DNA of 64,000 nucleotides from Ophelia neglecta. Lineage: Eukaryota. Positions 25,521 to 36,579 of this stretch are shown piece by piece; the stretch's first letter is position 1; every line of letters starts with the position of its first letter. Below the pieces are notes generated by a model, which saw only the letters and a list, made by a program, of their open reading frames with translations, made no database searches and had not been told where the DNA came from. Made by a program: the position numbers and the translations under genes. Where the stretch lies: assembly GCA_965285935.1 (NCBI GenBank), contig OZ260662.1, positions 35,340,001-35,404,000 on the forward strand, in the 5' to 3' direction.

Positions 25521-27122
25521 TATATATACTCTACTAACATAATTGCATAATTGATTCCGAGATCTGTACTGAGGTACTTGAGATGTTGGCTCTTTTTCTT
25601 TCTGTTGCCGTGCAATGCAACAGGAAGTGTTCTAACATTAGTGATTCGCCTAGGCCTACCATATGTACCTCTCCGCATGACGGACATTCATTGCGCTCGA
25701 CGCTTTCCACGTGTCTTTGCAGTTACCTGGTTACAGTGTGCTGATGGTCATGGTCACGAGCTTAAGCATCACTTGTGCTCCTTTACGTGGCAGTGCTGAT
25801 TTGACCTTGACCACATGTCACATATCAGACGTCCTGTATTCTGTGCAGATCTCTCTGTACAAGTCCAGGTTGTTGTAAGTGGAGGAGGCAGTCTTGTCTC
25901 CAAAGTTTGTCCTGTCACTGGTGTACGATGTTCATTTTCATGTTTTGTGGGTTTTCCATGACATCTTACTGGGTATAACTCCGGGGTGTAGCCAGCTGCG
26001 GAGTGTCTCCTGTAGGCCGTAGGCCTATTGGTAGGCATCTAGCATCACAGACGAGGGGCTGTGCCGTGATATTTGTCCAGATACGTCCCACATGGTGAGG
26101 GTGGCTATGAGGAGCCACTTGCTTACCTCGGCTACAGACAAAGCAAGCGTGTCTCTTACGAGCCTAAGTCGTCGGCGATCCAGGTAGATAGTACTCTTCG
26201 ATTCAGTACCGAGCCCAGTTGGGCCAGAGTTGCGGCGTTGCGGGTGTGTGCTGGGAGATTCTGAACGGACTTGGCGTGTAGCCTGTGGGCCGCTTCTAGC
26301 AGGGTAAGCTGGAATCTACTCAGTCGAAGAATTTTTCCAAAACCTTACAGGACGAATTTAGAGAAAACGATGATGTCATACATCCCCCCCCCCCCCCCGA
26401 GCATCCCACTCCCAGCAAGGCGTTCATTTTCTTCTTTGTAATAGGCCTAACATAACAGTATTTTTTCTTCATATACGAGGCCCGCAACAAGTCTGCACCG
26501 ATTTTAACAAGGGGTAGAACATTTGTCCAATTTTAATTTCATGGACAACTACTGTTCGCCTCCCCCCCCCCCCCCCCCCAGCCTGAGAAAAGAAAACAAA
26601 CCGTTCACCCTTGGAAGTCCTTTTTTGACATTAAGGTCTAACTATCTTAAATCTGCATGTATATGCAGCTATAAAAAGTAGGTGGGGGGAGGGGGTGTCA
26701 GTACTTATTGAGGTCAATGTTATATTTTCAGTGGGTTGGTAAAAATGTAAGATTCGTAAATTTCTCCCTGTGTTCCAAGCGGTAAATAATGACCGCCCCT
26801 TAGGCCTATAGGCCTAGGAGCTCCTTTACTCTAGAATAACAAACATGATATTGCAACACTGCATTTCAAGTGCAATGTTTAACCAGGTCTCACATGATAC
26901 CTATTAGCCTATAGTGTTCGTGTTATAGGTCAAGAAGACTATCAAGGTATATTTAAAAGCTAACTAAAAGCTTATATATATATAGGTAGGCCTATAGGCA
27001 TAGTATTTTTCAATATAGGTCCATGCTACATCTCCGTGATCGTCTTCTAAGTTCAGCTAATTGGCCTTTATTTCAAATGCAGATCTATCCACTGAAGTTC
27101 AGAAAGAGAGTTTGCACCCGAT
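25521..27122 (+). promoter_or_regulatory. Putative promoter and spliced, uORF-containing 5' leader of dapF
   Basis: TATATATA at 25521. Candidate donors GAG|GTACTT (25574), GTT|GTAAGT (25875) and AGG|GTAAGC (26304). Candidate acceptors TTTGCAG (25722), TTTGTCCAG (26080) and TTTATTTCAAATGCAG (27082). An in-frame TGA lies between the last acceptor and the dapF ATG, so the upstream exons are untranslated leader. AUG uORF at 26092-26187. Confidence 0.5.
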
Positions 27123-28055
27123 ATGGCATCTTTAAAAACTAGGGAACAAGAAGACGAGTATGGCAATATGCATGATATCCGTTTCCGGAAATATCATGGT
27201 TGCGGAAATGATTTCATCATGATAGACAATATGTCAGGATTTTTTGATGACCTTAGCGCGGACGTAAAATGGATCCGAAGCTTGTGTGACAGAAAGTTTG
27301 GGATCGGAGCGGACGGTCTCATAGAAGTACGGCGGCATCCTAAATATACCTTCGAAATTAAGAGCTACAATGCAGATGGACAACTGAGCACCTTCTGTGG
27401 GAATGGAGCTCGTTGTGCAATGGCGTTTGCTCGAGAGCTCCAACTCCTTGTATATAACGAAGCTACCTTTTTAGCCTCGGACGGAGGCCATCGCGGCATA
27501 TTCGACGAAATCAATGGAGTTGTTCATATCAAGATGCAGGATGTGGGTTCTGTCACAAAGCAGGACGACCGAAACCATTTCGTAGATTCCGGGTCGCCAC
27601 ACCACATCCGGATAGTCGATAATCTGGTGGGATATGACGTTATTGCTGAGGGTAAGAAAATGCGCAACGACAAGCAATATCAACAAATCGGGGGTACCAA
27701 CGTAAACTTTATGCAGACTAAAGGCCCACTGGAGATCCAACTGCGTACATTCGAGCGAGGAGTGGAGGATGAAACTTTCGCCTGTGGAACTGCCTGCGTG
27801 GCAGCGTCCCTGGTGGACGCAAGCCTACGTAGGCCTAAAAGAATCGAAGAAGGTGATGCAGGAGTCTCCTGTTGCACTCGTCCAAATTGTTTTGTATTCG
27901 ACTCGAAGCACAGGCATGTACTAACCTTAGGGGGAGAAATAATTGTAACCTTTGAAACAACGGATTACAACAATTTCAATGATATAAATTTGATTGGTCC
28001 TGCTGTGGAAGTTTATACCGGCACCTTGCTGCATCCGAAGCCCAACGGGATGTGA
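27123..28055 (+). CDS. dapF: Diaminopimelate epimerase, bacterial (Bacteroidetes-like) type, intronless
   Basis: 310 aa with the DapF motifs KYHGCGNDF, LCDRKFGIGADGL, YNADG...CGNGARC (catalytic Cys 1), DSGSPHH, GTNVNF, RTFERGVEDETFACGTAC (catalytic Cys 2) and LIGPA..V..G. Good Kozak context (GATATGG). Confidence 0.95.
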   Translation: MASLKTREQEDEYGNMHDIRFRKYHGCGNDFIMIDNMSGFFDDLSADVKWIRSLCDRKFGIGADGLIEVRRHPKYTFEIKSYNADGQLSTFCGNGARCAMAFARELQLLVYNEATFLASDGGHRGIFDEINGVVHIKMQDVGSVTKQDDRNHFVDSGSPHHIRIVDNLVGYDVIAEGKKMRNDKQYQQIGGTNVNFMQTKGPLEIQLRTFERGVEDETFACGTACVAASLVDASLRRPKRIEEGDAGVSCCTRPNCFVFDSKHRHVLTLGGEIIVTFETTDYNNFNDINLIGPAVEVYTGTLLHPKPNGM

Positions 28056-28485
28056 CAAATAGTTTTTTAAAAAGGGCCTTTAAGTGAATGGTAAGCCTAT
28101 CGGCCTACGGAATTATAGAGTCATGCGTTTACCATTGAGGTAATATATAAATATATGTATGAAAATATAGGCTAAAATAGCACAAAGCAGGTTGTGACCA
28201 ATACTAAAGTTTATACAGCGGATACCCCGAAAGAGCTTAATACCTATATCGTCTATGCCGCGGGAAAGTTTCAGTGATAGGCCTATACATATGTAGCTTT
28301 ATCATAAATATTCTTTACACTGTTTTATCTCTTGTTTAATCCTTTGTGTGATAAAATATATTTCACTTAGTTGTTTGTGATTCAATATGCTAAGCGAAGC
28401 GTCCGTAATCTTGCATGTGCGTGTATTTAAGCATTAATCAAGTTGGCTTGTCTGTTCGGTAGTTTACGTACAGCCAATTTTCTAT

Positions 28486-29670
28486 AATTATTTTTCGCCA
28501 ACTTTTCCGAAGAAAAAATGGGGGATATTTATTGGGCCTCGAGGTTGTCAGGTAGCTTCGCCCCCGCCCCGCCGGAAGAATTTGTTTGGCAGTAACTATG
28601 AAACGCTTCGACGCACAGAAACCATTTGGTCGTTATTGGTGTGCTTGGGGCCAGGGACTTTTTCGGGAATACTTTCACGAACTTTCGACTATTAACGTTA
28701 CTACCGAAGTTGCGAAATGTTTTTATCTCCCCTTGTTACGTGTTTTTGCAAAAAGTATTACAGGTACAGTGCCAAAATTGACACGTATGTAGCGCCTATG
28801 CAATGGCCATTCAATGATTAACTTCTGCAAATATATACTTGCCATGGCAATGGATATGAAAAATGACATAATTTTTGATGCTGTCTTTAATTTGAAATTG
28901 ATACCTTGAATTACTATAGGAAGGGTATATAAAAATGCATGCTGCGATTCCATTAGTGTTTCCCGATTTGACCTTGATCTACGTTTTCATGGTCAAATTG
29001 ATAAAACCATGATTTCAGCCTTAACTTTAGTAGTTAGAAACCTTAAAGTACTGTGGGCCCCTGTAGGAAACAACATTTTTCGCATTTTTATAGAGTTTAA
29101 ATTGGCCTTGGAGTTTAATTTCAAGGTCAAATTACAAAATGAAGATTTCAGCCTTTATTTTCACAGTTAGAGCCTGGAAGCATACGGGGAACCTATAGGT
29201 AAAGACCTTTTTCACATTTAATGGAGTTTTCCGATTTAACCAAAATGATTAATCGAGCCTTATTTAGGTTGTTACTGCCTAGAAGAACATTGAAATCGCA
29301 TCGTTAAAGGTTGTCAGATTTGACTTTGGTGTCCATTTTCAAAGTCAAATAATAAACGTGAAGAATTCAGGTTTTTTTCAGCAGTGAGGGCCTAGAAGTA
29401 CTTTTGGATCCTGTAAGAAATAACATATTTCGCATCATATCATGTTTCCGATTTGTCTTTGGTATTCATAGGGAATAATGATTACAGCTTTATTTAAGCA
29501 GTTAGAGCCTAGAAATATGTTGTGAACCTAAAGAGAGTCACATTTTTCTTACCTTATCCCGGAGTTCAAATTACCAGAATGATGATTTCCGCCTTAATCG
29601 CAGCAGCAACCGCCTTGCTGTGCAGTGGGAACGTATATAAACCAGGCTTTTTGCATCTTCTAGAATTTCA
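28486..29670. mobile_element. Probable non-autonomous Helentron-like repeat
   Basis: T-rich start with a short hairpin and CCCG tract, several degenerate internal repeats with TGACCTTG/TCAAGGTCAA motifs, and a TTCTAG-type end. Boundaries are approximate. Confidence 0.4.
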
Positions 29671-31415
29671 GAACTTGTCTTGTTATATTTTCTTTCACAG
29701 GAATGGTCATTCCGCCAAACACGTATACTGTCCCTTTTAAGTTGTGCATCAGTGTGTTTTTGTGTGTGGGTGTGTGTGTGTGTGGGGGGGGGGGCATGCG
29801 TTTCTATACGCCTTGCTTATTATGTCATCCATATATAATGAATATTTATCTACATGGAGTGGGTCTACCTGAAACATGCTTTCCATTATAATTTTACACT
29901 TTGCCCTCATATGTCGCAAGTTAGTGTACGTAGTCCGCCAAATTGCACATCATAGTGCTGAAGATCAACTTAATTGTTGTGCGTTCCAAATAAATTCTTG
30001 AATATGCAGCGGCATGATGTATTTGAATAGGTCAATATGTTACTCTCTGTTTCGCTTCATGGATAACATAGACTAATAAAAGTGACAGTAACTGAGTATG
30101 CGGATCATACATTACGTTTTCCACAACACAATGACCATTGCCCATCGTCAATAAAAAGCTGAAGAGTCTCAACGTTAAGAATGGTGTTCACATGGTGTTA
30201 AAAGATCACAGAATAATTCATATTTTAATGTGTGCATTTATGTGCCCCTGACAATCACGGTGCTAAGTTCTGCAAACAAATTCATTTGTATTTTGCAGCT
30301 GAGAAATGAGCGGTATGGTATAATACGTTCAGGCGAATTTACAACACGACTGTCAGATGATTTCAAGAACAAATATAACAGTTACTACAGTTAAGTTGAC
30401 TTCGGAACTAACGGTATACATTGTATGGACTATAGCTTGACATTGCCTATCATATATTCCTTTTAATGATACATTGGTCTATTTGCATGGGTTCCATTTA
30501 GAAGGGGTTACATTTTTAACCAAGGCATAAAAAACAATATGATCTAAACTTACATTTGCTCTTGTTTTGTCAGTATAGTACTACTACTGAAGAGAGCATA
30601 TTTTTAGCAAAAAGGCTAAACCTCTATATGACCTGGCCAAAACACATAACGTCATTAAGCCACAGTCCAACTGTTTTCAAAGCTCGCCGTGGGTTGCATT
30701 TGCCGTTAGCTTTGAACCCTTTTTTACATTGCCTTATTGCCCTTGCGGACGCTGGGGCAGAATCATTACTCAATTGGCAGTTGCCTTTTCAATAGGAAAT
30801 ATGCATATTATGCACCGTAACATAAATTACAAAAAACAACAACAATACAATCATGACAAACAACATGCTACATTTTAAATGTTCTTATTTGTGTTGTATC
30901 CTCAATCGAAATTAAATGTATAAATGAAGATATATTTTTACCAATTTAACTTTCCTAACACTTAATTATCATTGCATGCACTCTTGTACATAATTTTAAA
31001 ATATGCCAAAGTCACAAGATTATCCACGGCAATATAAACGGTTGGAATATTCGGGAATTTCTGATTCATGATAAAGACAACATTTTTTTAATATTAACTT
31101 TTCAAAATATTTCTGCGGCAAAGTAATCGCAAAAATCTGTAATTCTATAAACAGTTAAGGGACTGTTACTATAACACATATATAGGTATTGATTGTGAAC
31201 GGTGGCCTAGCACTATAAGACTGTACTTACAAAGTTACGTTATAGACCTTCTATTACAATATAAATTATGAATTATGGAAACCCGACTTGAGATTCTTTG
31301 CCGGGACACAGGCTATGTATCTACAAGAGCCAGCACAAGGCCCAAAATAAAATGTGGAAATGAAGAATCTATATATGATCTATCAAATGTTTTTTTCTAT
31401 ATTTTTTCACACTTA

Positions 31416-34400
31416 TCAGTAGTACTCTTCTTCATCATCATACTGTTTATCCCCTATCTCGATGAGTAACTCGTCGTATTCTTCATCCTCGGGAAAGTCC
31501 ATGGCTGTTTCCACGTCATCGACAGGAGTGATTGACCAAGTCACCCATGACACATAATTCAACAAGTTCCAGGGCGGTTCAAAAATCAAATCGACTACTC
31601 CATCCGTTGATGCCCTACACATGTCCTTTTTGTACATATAGCCTGTGGGAAGACAAGAACCATTAATAAGACGTTCAGAAAGGAATTGCCTTCAAAGAGC
31701 CTAGATTATTTTGGCATCAAATGCAGCCCACGAATGCCAAAATTATGTTCGTCCAGTGACTTTACTTTGGAAGTACGGTTTCAAGGATGGGCCATACATG
31801 GCTTTGAAAGGGGTGATAATTCATTTACCCTATTTATAGTGGCTTATTAGCGTTAATGTTGAACTCGTAGAGGTTTAATACCCACGAAAAGACAGTCGGA
31901 AGTGTCTTAAGTGTGCACAAGTATAAAAAAATAATTCTTCAAAAAGTTAAAGGCCCTAGTCAAGGTCAAATCAAGATCAATTTCGGATGTATGGATTAAT
32001 ATTACACCAGTATGAATGTGCGCTAGTAAAAACTTTAATTTTACATTAAAGTTAGCTCAGGGACATATGCAATGATGAAGCCTGCTGCAGAAAAATTATT
32101 TGACTAGGTGTAACAATGCTCACAATGCCCTTATCTGGAAGTAGATAAGGCTCTTTGAGCAGGTTACAGTAGCTGATAATCGACTTGACTTGAATTCTGG
32201 TTAAATGTTGGACCTATCCGCCAAATATTTATACATAGGGAATTAGTGGCACCATGTATGTGAAGGTGGCCACTTGGGCCGTAGTCTGTCGTATGCTACG
32301 GCCCCCGTGAACTGCCCGTAAGGAGGTGCTTATGGATGGTGCACGGGGGTTGTGGCGGTAGGCGGCGGCCTGTGCAGTGGGCAATGCTCGCTGTGAGCAG
32401 ACTCTGTTCATACAGTATAAATCATTAAATAGTGTTGTAGATTTATAAACGTACCATTAAACTTAACTGAAATTGTAATGTAAAAGTGTCAGCCGGAAGC
32501 AACATGTAATTTGTATATAATAACATTTTTGTACAGGGACCAGAGGCCAAAGTCCAATAAAACTATATCTATCTAATGACACCAGGAAAATTAAGCAGGG
32601 TATACTGTTATTGTCTCACCTGTCGTAAGTCCTTATTTAAAAAATATATATAGACTATATTTTTATACAAGATTGAACTGTTTATCCAGGCTTTATTATT
32701 ATGAAATAAAAAACCTGCTGGCCAACTCACCCTCCCAGGTTGGGAAGCCGATGGGTCTCCAATAGTCATCATGAGAGTCCCACCACACATAAACTGATTC
32801 GTAAAGACCGCTTTCCAAGCACAAGAGAAACGGTGCTTCCATCTTGTCATCTAAAGAGAACTTGAGATGTATTCTTTGTTTGTTTGCAAACCAAATGAAA
32901 CCTCCCTTCAAACATTTGGGATCCGGGTGAAAGTGGTTCATAAATGTACCGTTCAAACTGAAGATGAAAAGATAAACATTATTTTTTGTAAGAAATTAAA
33001 GTTTCAGTCAAGGTAAAAAAAAAAGAGAAGAAAGAGCAAATTTGTCGCAAAAAGAATGTATATATAGGCACTATTTCTTAACATAAAAACCGAAAATTAT
33101 TAATATTTTCTATCCGAACAGGATTAATGAGGATTGGAATAAATTGCTTTGGAAAAAACCCTTTTAACCACATAAAACATTGATGTCAAAGAAAAACGCA
33201 GTATAAACATAGTGTCAAGAAAAACGCAGTTACTCAACGGTTCACTGCTTCTTAAATAGTTAGGATGCTAATCAAGGAAGAATGCAAGATATGGATATGG
33301 ACGTCAAGGAAGAACGCAGTATAAGCACAGTGTCAAGTAAGAACGCGTTAAGTTTAGCGCTTTCTTTGTTTTCAATTCAATTCAATTTTATTAGTAATAC
33401 ATGCAATACAATTCAAAATTTAAAAAATCAGTTTTGATAAAATAAGTATGCAATTAAAGTAAATTTCAAGTTAATATAAAAGTATTATCAAGAATTTTCT
33501 AAAACAATTATATTTCTAGACTTCCAAAACACATGATATATGAAGCTTTATTTAGAGCTTATCTGGTAGAAACCTTTCACCACGGCAACCCCTCTAAACT
33601 TAGGAATAACATCAATTGTTCAAAGTACTAATTTTTAAGGTCACATTTATTTAATAAAAGTTTGTGTGTGTGTGTGTATTTAACCAGTAGCGTACAGCTT
33701 GGAAAAAAAATGGGACGACAGAAGGTCATTAGTTGTATCAAAGGTTATTTAGAATTTTTAACCAAAAAAATACTTTCCTCGATTGTTATCTTTTCAATAC
33801 CAATAGTGCGCACCAACCTTTTTCATAAAGTTTTTTTCTGAAAAGAAGGACTACTTCCATGGCCACCTCCTTAAACTAGGAGTAAGAAAATAACAATCAC
33901 AAAACTCTAGACACGACATCAGGCTTGAAAAACCCTACCCTTACCATACACTAGTTGCAGCCAGGTTTTTGAAATTCTTGCCGTCCACAAATGTTCCGAC
34001 AATGTCCACCGCCTCCAGCTTGCTTAAATACCATCGCATTTTATCAATACAATCGCATTTTATCAATTTCTTTTTTCATTTTAATCTTCTCAGCTTTTGG
34101 TCCGTTTTGATAAACAAAGGTGCTTAAAGCGTGTCCAGTTTGAGCAATTGATTTTGCATGACCGTGTCTCTTATCTGTTAATAACAGTTGGCAGCATTAA
34201 ACGACAAGCAGTTTAAACCAAGCATATAGCTAAAATGTGGCTTGGCGTGGTAGATTTTTAGAACTTCATATGTCGCTTTTTTTCAGGCGGCTGCCTTGGA
34301 GACTGTAGTTTTTAACAAAGAAACTCCATGATTTATTATTCTTTTGCACCTTTTATTGAGTAGAGATTTAAGAAAAATGACACTCTATGAGTATGCGTTG

Positions 34401-35751
34401 CTAATTTAGTGTAAAATAAACGAAAGATTAACAAACATTCATCACTTTGGGGTAAATTTCTGAATGACCTTAGCCGCACTTAATGACCTTGACCTTATAT
34501 TGGTAAAATTATTTGATGACATATATGTCTGTGTGCATAGTTTGATATTGTTATTGAATTTAAATCTTCTTCCAATATGTGTTTTTTTTTTATATTTCCA
34601 GTTTTAGGAGAGTTACCATGGAAAAATTCTATTTTATAAGGATACAGTTTTGAATGATCTCTCTATTACGCTGTTAACTAGAGTAAAAATGACACTCAAG
34701 TGATTATGAGCTGCATGTCCATAGTCCAAAATACAAAAGATCGACAAACATTTATCTGGAGACAAACTGACCTCGGCCGCGGCTAATGACCTTGACTCGT
34801 CCCAATTATTTCACCCTTGGAAAGCCAGTGGTCAAAGACATACATTGGGACCAGTGGAACCAGTGAATTTATTAACCAAGGGACTGTAATGTACTGGTCA
34901 GTTAATGGAGGTGATCTGTTTACACAATTTATTATACACTGAACTTTCAAACTATGATCTTTATTTTATATAAGTGGCCTATATTGACAGGTTTTATGAA
35001 TAAAGAGATGGTCTTCAAGTGTTTCACTGAACGGTACAAACTGGTAATTAAGACGCTCCAAGGATTTGGGATACACTTGTCTGATTCTGAGTCTGTTCCG
35101 GTCTGAGGCCATGGTCTGCGAGCACTGGCTGTCCTTCCTCCGTAACCATTAGGGCCTAACCGAGGTCGAGTCGCGCCCGATTTTGTGTTTCTTCAAACAT
35201 TTTTGCTTTTTTTAGAGCCACGTTCAATGTCAAAAAGAAAAACCCCCAGAAAGCAAATATTACAGATGCTAGCTAGCCCCTAGCACACGATGGTGCGTAT
35301 TTGGAAGAGGTTGCGCGTGATGTATAGCTGCTATTGGCCTACCACTAAATGCAGCTTGCGATAAATATATTGTTATAGACGAATAATTGTTTTGTTAATA
35401 ATGATTCATTATTTGTTAATGATAAAATGAACTTCTACGTCTTGACATACACTTTAGTTAATACCGTCAGCAGCAATTTGCGGGCGTCTTATGTTTAACT
35501 CTGCGTACGTGTGAAGAAGCGATAAGAGTTACGTTACGTATTTTCGATTGGCAGAAAATGAAAAGTTACTTTCATAGTTAGTCAGTACTTTTAATTTACA
35601 ACTAGAGATATATTTACCCATATAACCGTAGAGTGCAGGGATCGTCATACGGCGGCACGTCTTCAAACCATAGCAAGTTAGCGACGGCCTCTGACGAGAA
35701 ACCGAGCACCAAAAAGAGCACTAAAACACAAACTTGACAGTATTTATCCAT
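31416..35751 (-). CDS. Secreted 195-aa protein: signal peptide, meteorin-N-terminal (CUB-like) domain, acidic tail
   Basis: Three GT-AG exons with matching phases: 35751-35618, 32957-32731, 31642-31416. Product: MDKYCQVCVLVLFLVLGFSSEAVANLLWFEDVPPYDDPCTLRLYGLNGTFMNHFHPDPKCLKGGFIWFANKQRIHLKFSLDDKMEAPFLLCLESGLYESVYVWWDSHDDYWRPIGFPTWEGYMYKKDMCRASTDGVVDLIFEPPWNLLNYVSWVTWSITPVDDVETAMDFPEDEEYDELLIEIGDKQYDDEEEYY*. The gene model is well supported. The family call rests on Cys spacing and the CxxGxxxW and CxxSxxGxVxLxxE patterns and is tentative. Confidence 0.75.
32245..32409 (+). ncRNA. Candidate structured RNA: four back-to-back hairpins, three of them rich in G-U pairs
   Basis: Hand-folded stems at 32245-32274, 32275-32372, 32374-32394 and 32395-32409. 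The non-Watson-Crick positions are almost all G-U on the plus strand. No known family recognised. Confidence 0.4.
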
Positions 35752-36427
35752 TTTTCTTAAATACTGCTTGGTGATCAAATTTGTTCGACTGGAGTTGAAT
35801 TTCCGCTTATCAAATTAAATGGTAAATGAAACCACTAATAATCGTGTATTCGACCAAATTGTTCAACTGGGTTTTGAGGCGTCCATTTATAACGCCGGGT
35901 TGTCCAAAACTTCAACGAAGAACACGCATGCAATAAAAGAAACTGTTGAATGATGGGAAAACCGTAAGCCAGACTTGGACCAAATTTTACATAGGGCTCA
36001 GTGACTACTCCTAGTAGACAAACACGTGGCATACAATTATCATTACACGATCTGTACCCTTATCTAAACTCTGAAAACTACCAGGTGCACTTTTCTCATC
36101 CATTCTGGGTCTTCAAAGTTGTTTTAAACATGAGGAGCACTGGTAAAGGTCGGGAACATGGATTATTTATTTCCGTGTTTTAATAACACATAAGCTGATG
36201 AGAACTTGATTATACAACGTGGATAACTCGCTTTTTAAAATAATAAGCTTGCTATAAACTGATAATAGGAATAGCTAGGCTATATTCTATACCCTGGTGT
36301 ACAAAATAGGAAATAATATGCCCTACACCGTCGAGAAAAATGCGTATAAGAATTGGTTTACCAACTCTACCCCAAGTCCGATAATAGCTAGCCTAAATTA
36401 TAGCTAGCCTAAGGTGAGTGTGTAGGC

Positions 36428-36579
36428 NNNNNNNNNNNNNNNNNNNNNNNNNNNNNNNNNNNNNNNNNNNNNNNNNNNNNNNNNNNNNNNNNNNNNNNNN
36501 NNNNNNNNNNNNNNNNNNNNNNNNNNNNNNNNNNNNNNNNNNNNNNNNNNNNNNNNNNNNNNNNNNNNNNNNNNNNNNN
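36428..36579. other. Assembly gap (N run)
   Basis: Run of n characters. Confidence 1.

Noticed and set aside
25790-26075. Antizyme-like +1 frameshift or selenocysteine sites (TGC TGA T at 25794; CCG TGA T at 26064)
   Set aside because: Neither frameshifting nor readthrough gives a long or recognisable ORF, and no SECIS core was identified.
25560-26303. Bacterial lysine riboswitch carried along with dapF
   Set aside because: The L-box consensus elements could not be found by eye. An Infernal search would settle it.
27123-28055. dapF as bacterial contamination
   Set aside because: There are no neighbouring bacterial genes or operon, the flanks carry host-type repeats and splice signals, and no gap is adjacent. 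Disfavoured, but not excluded without read data.
32300-32350. SECIS or H/ACA snoRNA reading of the structured segment
   Set aside because: It lacks the paired UGA/GA quartet with apical AA, and there is no H box between the hairpins.
33185-33350. Degenerate repeats of GTCAAG.AAAACGCAGT
   Set aside because: Four short, irregularly spaced, decayed copies in an intron, with no evidence of function.
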